From assembly GCA_964016885.1 (NCBI GenBank), contig OZ024758.1, positions 11,408,001 through 11,472,000 on the forward strand: DNA of 64,000 bases. The letters run 5' to 3'. The stretch's first letter is position 1, and each line of letters opens with the position of its first letter. Below, piece after piece: positions 15,375 through 30,060 of this stretch. The position numbers and the translations under genes are program-made. Origin of the DNA: Eledone cirrhosa. Lineage: Eukaryota. The notes beneath the pieces are model-generated. The model searched no databases, was not told where the DNA came from, and saw only the letters and a program-made list of their open reading frames with translations.

Positions 15375-16015
15375 AATAACTGTTTCTACTTTTGGCACAA
15401 GGCCAGCAATTATCCCAGTACATTACTGGTACTTTATTTTATCGACCCGGTAAGGATGAAAGGCAAAGTTAACCTCAGCGGGATTTGAATAACAGCCACA
15501 CTCTTGCTGGGTCAGTGTTACAATACATCAGCACCAAGATGGTTATAAAAAGGAAAAGCTCAATGGGAAAGTTCATTTAATATGATCAAATATAATCACT
15601 CAGATATTTTTAAAGCCATTTTATTTAAAAGGTTATTCAAAAGAGTAGAACATATATATTTTTTCTTTAGAAGAAACATTTCTAAATTGAACAGCAGAAA
15701 ATTTATTTATATATTTAATTAATTAGATTTATTTATATAATCATTTAATTATTTGAGAGTAAAATATTAAATTAAGAATTTATTTAATAAACTAGTAACA
15801 TGTGACTAAATAAATCAGATCAACTGATTATTGATTAGTGTTCTGTTAAAATAAAACAAAACAAAACAGAACTGTCGTTAATGCCAACGTTCTTTTTATT
15901 TTGTAATTCATAATTGTTTCTACTTTTGGCACAAGGCCAGCAATTACCCAGTGCATTACTGGTACTTTATTTTATCGACCACGTAAGGATGAAAGGCAAA
16001 GTTAACCTCGGCGGG
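15375..16015 (-). mobile_element. Two 5'-truncated SINE copies (15375-15490, 15911-16015)
   Basis: Family core and tail. Confidence 0.75.
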
Positions 16016-16019
16016 GTGG

Positions 16020-16185
16020 TGAGGTCAGGTTTCTGCCTGTTACAGGTACCATGTAACCCAGTATAACCTCCTACATGGTCGAGGGGTCGGAGACTAAACC
16101 AGCTACCCTACAAGACCCTGGTCAGGTCAGGCTTCTACTTGCTACTGGTACCATGTAACTCAGTACAACCTACTTCATGGTTGAG
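16020..16185 (+). mobile_element. Diverged relative of the 5' end of the ~600-bp element, locally duplicated
   Basis: TGCTACTGGTACCATGTAAC.CAGTACAACC..CATGGT and GACTAAAC resemble the element's head. Confidence 0.45.
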
Positions 16186-16729
16186 TACAAGAATGTCTGC
16201 ATGTATATATTTGTCTAAATCACTGTACGTCAGTGTGTATATTTGTGTAAGTTACTGTACGTCTATGTGTATGTATGAGTGTATAATACACACACACATA
16301 TATATATATACATATATATAGAGAGATTTGCATACATTGTTATTGTGTATATATACATTGGGGTATAAATGTGGCATTATTTTTACTCCGTACCGAATGT
16401 ACTACGACTACCACCACCACCACCACCACCACCACCACCACCACCACTGTGATGCTGTTTACCTGATGTTTCTAGATCTCATTTATTTTACGAAGATTCC
16501 ATTTCGTACCTGTTGCTATGCTTACTGCTACTGTCGCTGTTGCTGCTGCCACTTTTACCGTAATTCCTACTACTGCCACTACTACCACCAATACCACCAC
16601 CAATACCACCACCAATACCACAATTATTACCTGTAGTTTTATATTTACCTTTAACCTAATCCCTGTTGTATAACAATGAACCAGTCACCAGTTCTTGCTA
16701 CTTTTATTATAAACCACACTACTGCCCTC

Positions 16730-18282
16730 GCCAGCCACCTTCACCAGCCACCAACACCAGCCATCCTCACCAACTACCATCGTCAGCCACCCTCATCAAC
16801 TACCATAGTCAGCCATCAGTCACTACCACCCTCACCAGCCACCTTCACCAGCCACCCTCACCCACCACCATCGTCAGCCATCAGTCACTACCACCCTCAC
16901 TAGCCACCCTCACCAACCACCATCGTCAGCCGCCCTCACCAGCCACCCCTCACCAGCCATCAGTCACTACCACCCTCACTAGCCACCCTCACCAACCACC
17001 ATCGTCAGCCGCCCTCACCAGCCACCCCTCACCAGCCATCAGTCACTACCACCCTCACTAGCCACCCTCACCAACCACCATCGTCAGCCGCCCTCACCAG
17101 CCACCCTCACCAGCCATCAGTCACTACCACCCTCACTAGCCACCCTCACCAACCACCATCGTCAGTCGCCCTCACCAGCCACCATCCCCACCCACCATCA
17201 CCAGGCACCATCAACAGCCACCATCGTCAGCCATCAGTCACTAGCACTTACCCCCTCACTAACTGTTTTATAATCCTCGATATCATCTAAGAAGTTCCTA
17301 CTTAAACATGTATCGCTGCTACTGCCACAATAGAAATGTTGCGCCTGCTACTTCAATACTCCCTCTTACTACCACTACTGTTGTTACGGCATTAGAGTCA
17401 TCGATTGCCTTGTGACAGCTACTTCTGCTATCGTTACCACTATACTGTCGCTACAACTATACTGTCGTTACAACACCACCACTACCACCACCACCACCAC
17501 CGCAGCCACCACCACTACCACCACCATCACCATCACCATCACCACCACTAACACCACTACCACCACCACCACCACCTCCACTATTACCACCACCGCAGCC
17601 ACCACCACTACTACCATCACCACCAACACCACCACCACCACCACCTCCACTATTACCACCACCGCAGCCACACCACAACCACCACCACCATTACCACCAC
17701 CACCACCACCACCGCAGCCACCACAACCACCACCACCTCCTCCACTATTACCACCACCACAACCACCACCACCACCACCACCACCACCACCTCCTCCACT
17801 ATTGCCACCACCACCACCAACACCACCACAAGCACCACCACCACCACCACCACCACCACCACCACCACCACCACCATCACCACCACCACCACCACCACCT
17901 CCACTATTACCACCACCACCACCACCACCACCACCACCACCACCACCACCACCACCTCCACTATTACCACCACCACAGCCACCACCACAACCACCTCCAC
18001 CACCACCACCACCACCAACACCACCACCACCACCACCACCACCAACACCACCACCACCACCACCACCAACACCACCACCACCACCACCACCTCCACCACA
18101 ACCACCACCACCACCTCCATTATTACCACCACCACCACCACCACCACCTCCACTATTACCACCACCAACCCCATCTCCACTATTACCACCACCACCACCA
18201 CCACCACCTCCACTATTACCACCACCACCACCACCACCTCCACTATTACCACCACCACCACCACCACCACCACCACCACCAT
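16730..18282. repeat. CCA-derived minisatellite (16730-17245) and (CCA)n tract (17470-18282)
   Basis: Seen directly; the source of the poly-Pro/Gly/Val pseudo-ORFs. Confidence 0.9.
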
Positions 18283-18404
18283 GTAAATATGTAAACCATC
18301 CAAAGTTCTGAAATACAGAAATACAAGAATCTCTCACTGAAACAGTTTTTACTGTTCTCTGAACGACATCTTCATTGTCTGGAGTATTCAATATATAAAG
18401 TATT

Positions 18405-18995
<591 letters not shown>

Positions 18996-19087
18996 GTAGG
19001 AGGTGAGTTTTATTGTAGCACAATAAAGCAATGCAAATATCGGATAAGTAGTACTCAACAGTTTATAGGACTGGAGTATAAATAATA

Positions 19088-19398
19088 TAAGATCAAAAGA
19101 TGGTTAAAAGAGTTCCATGTATTTTATTATGCGCATTTCAAAAACAAATATCATCATGGGATGATATCTGCGTTCTCATCATATAAAATAGGGAGACATG
19201 ATATGAAGTTTAAAAAACACTTGCGAGCAGAGAAGTGTATGTAGATTTAAAACTTCACTGCTCGCAAGTGTTTTTTAAACTTCATATCATGTCTCCCTAT
19301 TTTATCTGATGAGAATGCAAGTATCATCCCATGATGATATTTGTTTTTGAAATGCGCATAATAAAATACATGGAACTCTTTTAACCATCTTTTGATCT

Positions 19399-19401
<3 letters not shown>
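19088..19401. repeat. Inverted duplication (~150-bp arms) containing an HHR
   Basis: 19088-19236 mirrors 19252-19401 with a few substitutions. Confidence 0.9.
19298..19368 (+). ncRNA. Type I hammerhead ribozyme
   Basis: TATTTTAT-CTGATGA-..CAAGTATCATC-CCAT-GATGATATTTG..-GAAA-TGCGCA-TA-ATAAAATA. 8-bp stem I, 11-bp stem II core, palindromic stem III. Confidence 0.85.
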
Positions 19402-19472
<71 letters not shown>

Positions 19473-19570
19473 TTTATATATATATATATATACATACACA
19501 CATACATATATATATATACATACATATACACATACATATATACATACATACATACATATATGCATACATA

Positions 19571-20180
19571 CATGGTGGCTGCCAACTTGTTTTCGAGTAT
19601 GGCGACTATTTTATATCCATGTAGGAGAACCCCTACCGATGCGCTGAACGAGTGTGACTTTTTAGTCCAGCCAGCGACTTGAAAACTCTGGTACAAACAC
19701 TACACTTTTGACAATTACTGACACATAGTGCTGGGCCCATGGTACCATGTGACGACAAGTGCAGAGGGATCTCCAGATATAAAGCAATGCCTGTGCCGTG
19801 AAGCTTTTATAGTGAGCAAAGGCACTGCACAAAGCCAGTCCCACTCTCTTAACCAAGATGATATTTACCAAAAAGAAGAACAAGTCAACATCATTGGATA
19901 CCATCAGGGTTGTAGGTGTTATATCAGAGTTTTCCTTCTCCTAGAATTCTGCCTTGATAAAGCCTAAGGGGTCATCTCTCCCGGTGATTTTGGATGGCCA
20001 TTGACTCTTAAGAGCTCCTTTGCCCTTTGACAGGTTTTGTTTTTAGTCCTGCAGGATGTCCAAAGTCACCCTCCTCACCAAGAAACCTTGGTGGGGTTGC
20101 CAGTTTAGTCGCCAACAACCCGACCATGAGACAGGTTGTACTGGGATACATGTTACCAGTAGCACCAACTGATGACCTGA
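19571..20180 (-). mobile_element. ~600-bp element, copy 2
   Basis: Same sequence, with (CATA)n on both sides. Confidence 0.85.
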
Positions 20181-20332
20181 CATAATACATACATACATAC
20201 ATACATATATACACATACATATAAACATACATACATATATACATACATATATAGATACATACATACATACATTTATACATACATATATAGATACATACAT
20301 ATGCATATCTATCTATATATATACAGAGTGCC

Positions 20333-20370
<38 letters not shown>

Positions 20371-20375
<5 letters not shown>

Positions 20376-21530
20376 GATGAAATCGAAAATGCAACTGGAG
20401 ACTTATTTATAAAAAATATATATATTTATTTGGTTCCAATATATATTTTTTTAAAAAATAAGACTCCAGTTGCATTTTCGATTTTATCTTTTTTTCTTTA
20501 TACAAATCCCTCCGAGGTTAACTTTGCCTTTCATTCTTACGGGCTCGATAAAATAAAGTACCAGTAATGCACTGGGTTAATTGCTGGCCTTGTGCCAAAA
20601 GTAGAAACAATTATTTTTCTTTTAACATTTATAATGGCTAAAGCTTATTTCGTTATCGTTATGAAACCTTTCCATCACTATCTCTGTGTCAATTTATCAT
20701 ATTGTGGGTATTACCTGCCCGATACTCAGTGTATAATATATACAAAGTGATTACCACATACTCAGTGTGTATTTAGACAGCCAAACTGGCTCTCCAACGC
20801 TGAATCTCTAAGAGGACATAGATATGCATGCGTTACACTAAAACAATTTACAAACATAATCGAAGACTACATCTTCATCAAATTTACAAATATATATATA
20901 TATATTTAAAAAGATGAAATCGAAAATGCAACTGGAGACTTATTTAAAAAAAATATATATATTTATTTGGTTCCAATATATATTTTTTTTAAAAATAAGA
21001 CTCCAGTTGCATTTTCGATTTTATCTTTTTTTCTTTATACAAATCCCGCCGAGGTTAACTTTGCCTTTCATTCTTACGGGGTCGATAAAATAAAGTACCA
21101 GTAATGCACTGGATTAATTGCTGGCCTTGTGCCAAAAGTAGAAACAATTATTTTTCTTTTAACATTTATAATGGCTAAAGCTTATTTCGTTATCGTCATG
21201 AAACCTTTCCATCACTATCTCTGTGTCAATTTATCATATTATGGGTATTACCTGCCCGATACTCTGTATAATATATACAAAGTGATTACCACATACTCAG
21301 TGTATAATATATACAAAGTGATTACCACATACTCAGTGTATAATATATACAAAGTGATTACGACATACTCAGTGTATAATATATACAAAGTGATTACCAC
21401 ATACTCAGTGTGTATTTAGACGGTAAAACTGGCTCTCCAACGCTGAATCTCTAAGAGGACATAGATATGCATGCGTTACACTAAAACAATTTACAAACAT
21501 AATCGAAGACTACATCTTCATCAAATTTAC
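20371..21530. repeat. Local tandem duplication (~540 bp; second unit expanded by a 36-bp repeat at 21265-21410)
   Basis: 20371-20890 matches 20908-21530. Confidence 0.9.
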
Positions 21531-21748
21531 AGAGGTGATTCCAAAATTATCGATGATTAAATTGCTGCTAAGTTACCCTCCAGAGATAAAATTACCATCC
21601 TTATTTCAATCAGCAAATATTTCTCCCCTGTACTAGATTTCCCTTGCATCTTTCATCATTCCACCATCCGTGTTGCTATTGACTACAACCGCCTTTCTTT
21701 AACCCCTAAACCACTTCCTTGTTTTTAAGTCTTGTTATTCTTTTTTCT

Positions 21749-22257
21749 TGGATTGGCATTAATCGGTAGAGCGTCGGATAACATGCTTTGCAGCATTTCG
21801 TTACGTCCCTTTACGTTCTGAGTTCAAACCTCACCGAAGTTACCTTTGCCTTTCATCTTTACGGGAGTCGATAAAATAAAGTACCAGTAATGTACTTGGG
21901 TAGATTTAATCAATTTTGCCCTTCCCTAAAAATTGCTGGCCTTGTGCCTAAATCAGAAACTATCCTTACGAGGTCGATAAAATAAAGTACCAGTAATGTA
22001 CTGGGGTAGATTTAATCAACTTTGCCCCTCCCCCATAATTGCTGGCCTTGTGCCTAAATCAGAAACTATTCTTACGAGGTCGATAAAATAAAGTACCAGT
22101 AATGTACTGGGGTAAATTTAATCAATTTTGCCCCTCCCCCATAATTGCTCGCCTTGTGCCTAAATCAGAAACTATCCTTACGAGGTCGATACAATAAAGT
22201 ACCAGTAATGTACTGGGTAGATTTAATTGCTGGCCTTGTGCCTAAGTCAGAAAACAT
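21749..22257 (+). mobile_element. SINE with tandemly reiterated 3' half (~4 copies)
   Basis: The head is followed by repeated GTCGATAAAATAAAGTACCAGTAATGTACTGG..CCTTGTGCCTAAATCAGAAAC. Confidence 0.8.
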
Positions 22258-22404
22258 TAGTTTCCCTGTCTTACCGAAACCTTCAGCATTACTTTCTTCT
22301 TACTCTCCTCAACATCCTGTTTCATCAATGTTGATACTTTACCATGGCAACTGTCTTTGATCCTGACCTTGCTTCTGCAGTTTATGTTAGTGCTGCAGCT
22401 ACTC

Positions 22405-22456
<52 letters not shown>

Positions 22457-22595
22457 CTTTACTATACACACCTGTTACTAGCATCATCATCAGCACCATA
22501 ATCAGCACCACTTCACTATCTGCATTGCTACTACGACCATCACCACCACCACCGCCGCCGCCGCCACCGTCACCTCCTCCACCACCACTACTACG

Positions 22596-22690
<95 letters not shown>

Positions 22691-23279
22691 CGACTTAGCT
22701 TCCAAAGATGACAATACTAGCCACGGTGACAACATCAAAGAAGATGACAAGGGTGGTTTAGTTGTTGTTGATGATGATGGTGATGATGATGATGGTGGTG
22801 GTGATGATGGTGATGATGGTGGTCATAGTGATGATGATGATGATGGTGGTGATGATGGTAGTGGTGGTGATGGTGGTGATGATAATGATAGTGGTGGCGG
22901 TGATGATAGTGATGATGATGGTAGTGATGGTGGTGATGATGGTATGTTAGAGTAAATGTTGCTACTGCTGATTGTGCTACATGTGTAATGTAGCTTAAAA
23001 TAGAAGAGATTATGCTTCATGTGGTCTCTGAAAGAAAGACTTAATAAATTTAAAAAAAACATTAGAACAACAACTAAAGTAACGACTGAGTTGTAATAAT
23101 TTTACTTCAACGAATGTTTAAAATGTTTGAATTTGAACGAACCAAGAACCAAGAAGTGGTTTAACTAGAAACCAGAATGCGTCCTTTAGAAGAGTCATGT
23201 ACAATATTTATGAGACATGAATATTGAATTAGATTAGTAAATAGAGCATTCACTCCTAGATATTGTTAGACTTACTCAC

Positions 23280-23500
23280 TCGTCATCATCACTCGTCGAC
23301 TACTGTCGAGATGATGGATCTCACTCTCATGCCCCAGAATCCCCTGTCCCCCATCGCTGCCCCCAGGTCCTGTCTGCTGATTCCCGTATCCCTAGAGATA
23401 ACGTCAGGGAATGACAGCTTCCTACTCCTAGTCAGGCTGGAGTCAGGGTTCCAGAGCAAGAGAGCGGATATGATTTCATTGTTGGCATCATGTCGGTTAA
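23280..23500 (-). mobile_element. LINE (RTE-like) 3' end remnant
   Basis: LLLWNP..RSRKLSFPDVISRDTG..AMGDRGFW C-terminus, followed by a short (TGA)n tail. Confidence 0.6.
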
Positions 23501-23689
23501 TCAATCGAACTTCCTCATATGATACTAGAGTGGTAGACAAAGAACATGAGAAATAGAAAAAAAAATTACTGAAACTTTGAAATAAGAAATGTCGGGTATC
23601 TGGAATTGTCGTAATGTTGTTACCATCCTGATTGTAATAAAAGACTTAGAGACAGTGGAAAGACAATGGAAAGACAATGGTTAGAATAT

Positions 23690-24195
23690 TAAATGGTTTG
23701 GTTAAAGATATGGTTTATAGAATGGTTTGATAAATATATTGTTTATAGAATGATCGGTTAAAATATTGATTATACAATGATTGCTTAAAGATATTGATTA
23801 TAGAATGGTCGGTTAAAGATATTGTTTATAAAATGATGGGTTAAATATATAGTTTAAAGAATGATTGGTTAAAGATATTGTTTATAAAATGATCGGTTAA
23901 ATATATAGTTTAAAGAATGATTGGTTAAAGATATTGTTTATAAAATGATCGGTTAAATATATAATTTAAAGAATGATTGGTTAAAGATATTGTTTATAAA
24001 ATGATGGGTTAAATATATAATTTAAAGAATGATTGGTTAAAGATATTGTTTATAAAATGATGGGTTAAATATATAGTTTAAAGAATGTTTGGTTAAAGAT
24101 ATTGTTTATAAAATGATCGGTTATAGATATTGTTTCTAGAATGATTGGTTATATATATAGTTTATAAAATGGTCGGTTAAAGATATTGTTTATAG
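23690..24195. repeat. 29-bp (58-bp dimer) minisatellite
   Basis: AATGATTGGTTAAAGATATTGTTTATA-type units. Confidence 0.9.
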
Positions 24196-24474
24196 AGGTG
24201 AATATCCTACCGCTTCGTAAATCTTGATTGCTTGGCACACCAAGAATAATTTAGAAAGTGGTAAATATTCCCAATTCTACAGTAACTAGAAGTTTAAATG
24301 ATTGAATGACGATATTGTTTATAGAGGTGAATGTCCTGTATTGTTTGAAGGAGAGAGAAAACAAAAGCATATTTAATGTGTTGGATATTATGGCTACAAG
24401 AGACAACTTTGATCGCTGGCAATTACAAACGTCGGTAGAAAAACAGGAAAATATTGAGCAAAGAAGAGATAATA

Positions 24475-24728
24475 ATTATTTTTATTATAGGCGCAATGCC
24501 AGCAATTTTAGAGGAGGGGAAAGTCGATTAAATCTACACCAGTACATTACTGGTGATTATTTTATCGACCTCGTAAGGATGAAAAGCAGAGCTAACCTCG
24601 GCTGGATTTGAACTCAGATAATTATAGTAATATTAATTTCTAATCTAGGCTTAGGGCAAACAATTTGTGGGGAGGGGAAAGTCGATAATATCAACCCCAG
24701 TGCGTTACTGGTACTTTATTCTATCGTC
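24475..24728 (-). mobile_element. Two SINE fragments
   Basis: Family core on the minus strand. Confidence 0.7.
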
Positions 24729-25029
24729 TCAGAGCCCCATCTGGAATTGCGAGGGTTTCTGGCGTTATGATACAATGTAGAATTCCTGTCAGTGTCGGGC
24801 AGACATATTTTTGCTCTAGTTAACTGATTTAGTATAACTATCTCCTTCAGATGGTGGGTTATTTTAAAAGTAGATTAACTACTAAGATTGTTATTGTTAC
24901 TGCTGTTGATGCTTCTGTTGCTGTTTTTGTTGCTGCTGTTGCTGCTGCAGTCCTTTTTATTATAACTATTATTGTTATTACTTTTTCTTTCTCTGTTTCT
25001 ATTTTCTTGACTTTACAATTTTTATTTTT

Positions 25030-25510
25030 ATTGTTGCTGTTGTTGTTGTTGTTGTTAATACAATTCCTTCCTGTTGTTGTTGTTGTTGTTGTTGTTAATA
25101 CAATTCCTTCCTGTTGCTGTTGTTATTGTTGTTGTTGTAAATACAATTCCTTCCTGCTGTTGTTGTTGTTGTTGTTGTTGTTAATACAATTCCTTCCTGT
25201 TGCTGTTGTTATTGTTGTTGTTGTTGTTGCTGTTGTTGTAGTTAATACCTCTCGTTGTCATGGTGTTTGTTGTTGTTGTTGTTGTTGTTGTAGTTAATAC
25301 CTCTCGTTGTCGTGGTGTTTGTGGTTGTTGTTGTTGTTGTTGTTGTTGTAGTTAATACCTCTCGTTGTCGTGGTGTTTGTGGTTGTTGTTGTTGTTGTTG
25401 TTGTTGTTGTAGTTAATACCTCTCGTTGTCATGGTGTTTGTGGTTGTTGTTGTTGTTGTTGTTGTTCTTGTTGTTGTAGTTAATACCTCTCGTTGTCGTG
25501 GTGTTTGTGG

Positions 25511-25541
<31 letters not shown>

Positions 25542-25575
25542 AGTTAATACCTCCCGTTGTCATGGTGTTTGCGGT
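25030..25575. repeat. (GTT)n-containing minisatellites
   Basis: TAATACAATTCCTTCC and TAGTTAATACCTCTCG spacers recur between GTT runs. Confidence 0.85.
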
Positions 25576-25804
25576 TACCCGTGTTCTTACAATCTACCAG
25601 CTCATGATTGAAGTGTCGTTGCTGTTGTTGTTGCTGCTGTCTGTTGCAATGGCGGTGACAACACCAGAGCGATAATCACTTTTTTTCGTGTCTGGGAGGG
25701 AAAAGGGTGTTGCCATCTTAAAATATTATTTTTTAAGGAAAAATATATATGAAAAAAGACGACGTTTTCAAATTTCTGCTTCGACAAGAAAACGTCTGCT
25801 TTTT

Positions 25805-25930
25805 TTAACGTTTAGTTCAAATCTCGCCGAGGTTAACTTTGCCTTTCATCCTTACGGGGTCGATAAAATAAAGTACCAGTAATACACTGGGATAATTGTT
25901 GGCCTTGTGCCAAAAGTAGAAACAATTATT
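25805..25930 (+). mobile_element. SINE fragment
   Basis: B box, core and tail. Confidence 0.75.
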
Positions 25931-26239
25931 ATTGCAGTAATTCTATAAAAGGGGATTGCTGGCATCTTATCAAAGCCGATTGATTAAGATAGAACATCTC
26001 AAGTGGCACGCGACTATGAATTTTCTATCGACATGACGAAAGATTCTGAATAAACTACTGAAGTATAAATCCAATTCTTTTAATTAAAAATGATCCTGTC
26101 AGAGAATTTCGTTTTATATTTTTGCATCATTTATCTATTTCCTTAAATTATTTTTTTTGCTTAAAACGTGTTAATATGATTCCTTTTAGTGTGGCTAAGC
26201 GTTGCCAAGTGATGTTAAAGAAATATATTCATGTTTAAG

Positions 26240-26430
26240 AATCGCTGGACAGATTTTACGGGCAAAACCAACCGGTAGGGGACCCAAGGGTAGACTTCCG
26301 AGCAAGATGGTTGGATAACATCCATGAGGCTGGTTGGCCTCACTTGGGGATCCAGCCGGATCGATTGGAGACGGTTGCTTCTGACAGGACCCGTTGGAAG
26401 GAGTGTTTAAGGACTCTGCCACTACGACCC
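26240..26430 (+). mobile_element. RTE LINE 3' remnant
   Basis: Frameshifted G.GPKGR..RWLDNI..VASDRTRWK, the typical RTE C-terminus. Confidence 0.7.
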
Positions 26431-26597
26431 TATATAGAGGGAGAATTGACTTCAGTACTAGATTCGTACTTCTTTATCGATGTTGAATGGATGAAAGGCA
26501 AAGTTGATTCCAGTGGGATTTGAACACAGAGTACAGAGAGCCGCAACAAATGTCACCAGGCTTTCTATCAGACATTCTAATGACTCTTCCAAAGCGT

Positions 26598-26689
<92 letters not shown>

Positions 26690-26732
26690 AGTTCAAAATA
26701 TTAATAAATATAGACATTCATGTGATCAAATA

Positions 26733-26798
26733 TATTTTATTATATATATTTCAGAGGTACTGAGCTGTTTCCTCAGTACGTCCTCATCAGATAAAATA
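26733..26798 (-). ncRNA. Type I hammerhead ribozyme
   Basis: Minus strand reads TATTTTAT-CTGATGA-ggac-GTACTGAG-gaaacag-CTCAGTAC-ctct-GAAA-TATATA-TA-ATAAAATA. Confidence 0.85.
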
Positions 26799-27099
26799 AA
26801 TTGATGTCTGACATACCTCAACTGTGCTGATCGTTCAATTCCAGTCTTCATGATCACATGAATGTCTATATTTATTAATATTTTGAATTAATATTAATAA
26901 CTCCAGAAAACTTCTTTGTTGAGTGCTTCTAATCTATTGTAAAACTATATTCATTGATTAATCAATGAACCTTGTTTAACTTTTGGTTATATATATATAT
27001 ATATATATATATATAAGAAAGTAAGTTTTACTATCCACCTCACCCGGGTAAAAATATATAAAACAACGGATACATAGAGAAGTAGAGTGAAATAATGAA

Positions 27100-27290
27100 A
27101 TAATTGTTTCTACTTTTGGAACAAGGCCAGCAATTACCCAGTGCATTACTGGTACTTTATTTTATCGACCCCTAAGGATGAAAGGCAAAGTTAACCTCGG
27201 CGGGATTTGAATTCAGAATGGCAAGGGCCGTAACTCTATGCCTCAAAGCATGGCTTCCGACCCTCTACCGATACTGCCAATTCACCGCCC
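27100..27290 (-). mobile_element. tRNA-derived SINE, full length
   Basis: Same family, with AATAATGAAATAAT repeated on both sides (TSD-like). Confidence 0.85.
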
Positions 27291-27594
27291 TGTAATAATG
27301 AAATAATAATGAAGTAATGAAAGCTTTAAAATGTCAGTAGAAAAATCTGTGTGATTCAGTGTACTTCAGTAGAAATCAATCGATTTTTGATCATAGGCTT
27401 ATAGAAGATTTGTATTGGTGGAAAGCTATATTTCGTCATCAAATCTTTCTTTCTGCGTAGGCGGTTGTATTTGCGTAGTTTTTTGGATCCGTGTCAATCT
27501 TTTTATAGAGTTTTATTGTCTTTTTAATATTGCCACGTTGTTTTTTTCTACACGTATGTATATTTGTGTGCATTCATGTATGACGGCTGTAGTA

Positions 27595-27652
<58 letters not shown>

Positions 27653-28155
27653 CCCACACACGCTCACATACACACATAAACATATATACAGGCACTTGCA
27701 CACACATGCCATTCAACCTTATCTGACCATCACAACAAAACTTCCAATATCATTCTCACACAATCACCTTTTCGTCTTCATTTTCACTTTCCTAACATCA
27801 GAAAATGACATGTGTCCTCTTTTGATTTACACTTCATTTGTATATACACTCTTACTGCTCTACACCTAGTCGTTTGAACGTCGGATAGAATACTTTATGG
27901 TATTTGTACCGACTCTCTGCCCTCTGAGTTCAAATCCTGCCGAGGTCAACTTTGTCTTTCATCCTTTCGAGGTCGATAATAAACTGGGGTCGATATTCTT
28001 CTTCTATATCTCTTTCCAATTTCTTCTCTCTCACTTTCAATCTTTCTCTGGAAGAAACCTGCTGTACTCAGGCTTAAAATGACCAAGACACGCCGTATGT
28101 CAATACAGCCTCCCTTCAACTCGATCCAGAGTTACAGGACCATAAATACATACAC

Positions 28156-28186
<31 letters not shown>

Positions 28187-28208
28187 TGTATGTATGTATG
28201 TATGTATG

Positions 28209-28617
28209 AGAGATGACCCCTTAGCCTTTGTCAAGGCAAAATTCTAGTAGAAGGAAAACTCTGATATAACACCTGCAACCCTGATGGTATCCAATGATGT
28301 TGACTTGTTCTTCCTTTTGGTAAATATCATCTTGGTTAAGAGAGTGGGACTGGCTTTGTGCGGTGCCTTTGCTCACTATAAAAGCTTCACGGCACAGGCA
28401 TTGCTTTATATCTGGAGATCTCTCTGCACTTGTCGTCACATGGTACCATGGGCCCAGCACTATGTGTCAATAATTGTCACAAGTGTAGTGTTTGTACCAG
28501 AGTTTTCATGTCGCAGGCTGGACTAAAAAGTCACACTCGTTCAGCGCATCGGTAGGGGTTCTCCTACATGGATATAAAGTAGTGGTCGTACTCGAAAACG
28601 AATTGGCAGCCACCATG
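28209..28617 (+). mobile_element. ~600-bp element, 5'-truncated copy 3
   Basis: Opposite orientation, with (TATG)n on both sides. Confidence 0.85.
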
Positions 28618-29059
28618 TATGTATGTACGTGTTTCTATATATGTATTTCAAACTTATAGTGGACGATTAAATGCGAACCAACAAAAATATATTAATAAGA
28701 ATTTCCCAACAGTAAATTTAATAATGATAAATATAACCTCACTTAATAGAAAAATAGGAAGTTACCTCCAGGCGTATAAATTATTCCTTTTTATAATAGT
28801 TTAATTAAATCAATTTTGTCTTTGATCACTTTTAAAATACACATCAATGTACAATGTTTGTGGTTAAGATGATTTTGATGGACAAACAAACGCAAGTTTA
28901 GCATTCCCGTTTGATAAAAAGTAATATTTGTTATCTAATAATTTTAATTAAGGTGAGGATAATGAAGACAACGTTGATATTGCTGACGGTGATAATTAAA
29001 GTTATTAAGTTTATTTTGGTTCTAATTATTGCCAATGTTTCACTTATTTTATTGACGAA

Positions 29060-29410
29060 AGACAAGAGGCTGAATTAAATGCAAGTATTGCTGCAGCTGG
29101 CGCAGTAATGCGCCAATTATAAGCACTTGGTCCTCAAAACAAGGGAGGTAGGTGCAAAAGCCAAATTTACTTTCTTCAATTCGGTATCCATGCCAACTCT
29201 TACTTATGCTCATGAATCTTGAGTAATGGCCGAAAGAATACGATCGCGAATACAAGCGCTCGAAGTGTGATACCCACGAAGGGGTCTTTGGAGTAACTTT
29301 ACACGATATCGGGCCTAGCTCAGAGATCAGGGAGTGGAACCAGGTAGAGCCGCTATCTCTGAGTTGAGAGATCACAGCTCCGGTATTATGGACATGTGGT
29401 TAGAATGTCT
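29060..29410 (+). mobile_element. RTE LINE ORF remnant
   Basis: Stop-interrupted PTLTYAHES*..RSRIQALEV..RSQLRYYGHVVRM. Confidence 0.7.
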
Positions 29411-29750
29411 CACTGAGCAGATAACTAAAACCAATACCACAACGTATTCTATCTGATGTTCTAACGACTCTACCAATTCACCAGCTCCCAACAATCTTAG
29501 TTATCAAAATAATGGTGAAATTTCCTCCGGGTTATGATTATGAGTTGTATCAACACTTCATTAGACATTAGTGATGTATAACTGTAACTGTTAATACTTC
29601 AAGTTCTGGGTTTATATCTAGCTAAGATTGAATTTGCTCTTTATCCTTCTGGCGTCGATAAATTAAGTATTTATTTTATACAGAAATTAAATTATTCCAC
29701 TATTCCTTTCTCCCAATATTTCTATTTGAATATTATTATTTTGGTGTAAA

Positions 29751-29945
29751 GGGCGGTGGATTGGCAGTATCGGTAGAGGGTCGGACACCCATGCTTTGCA
29801 GCAAAGAGTTACGGCCCTTTATGGTCTGAGTTCAAATCCCGCCGAGGTTAACTTTGCCTTTCATCCTTATGGGGTCGATAAAATAAAGTACCAGTAATAC
29901 ACTGGGATAATTGCTAGCCTTGTACCAAGAGTAGAAACAATTATT
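29751..29945 (+). mobile_element. tRNA-derived SINE, full length (main family)
   Basis: A box TGGCAGTATCGG, B box GAGTTCAAATCC, core TTTGCCTTTCATCCTTA.GGGGTCGATAAAATAAAGTACCAG, and a tail ending AGAAACAATTATTA. Confidence 0.85.
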
Positions 29946-30060
29946 TTGGTGTAAAGACCACATACTGTTGAAGGTGAAGTATCCATAACCAAAAATATGT
30001 CTAAACAAAAACACATTTCACCAACTCCCAACTTCTTTCACAAATATCTATGATTTAGAT

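Noticed and set aside
17412-18391. Long Pro-, Gly- or Val-rich ORFs (extensin/formin-like)
   Set aside because: These are translations of a (CCA)n microsatellite, open in several frames on both strands, with no domain or splice support.
29751-29845. tRNA gene
   Set aside because: A and B boxes are present but there is no cloverleaf, and the sequence runs into the SINE core.
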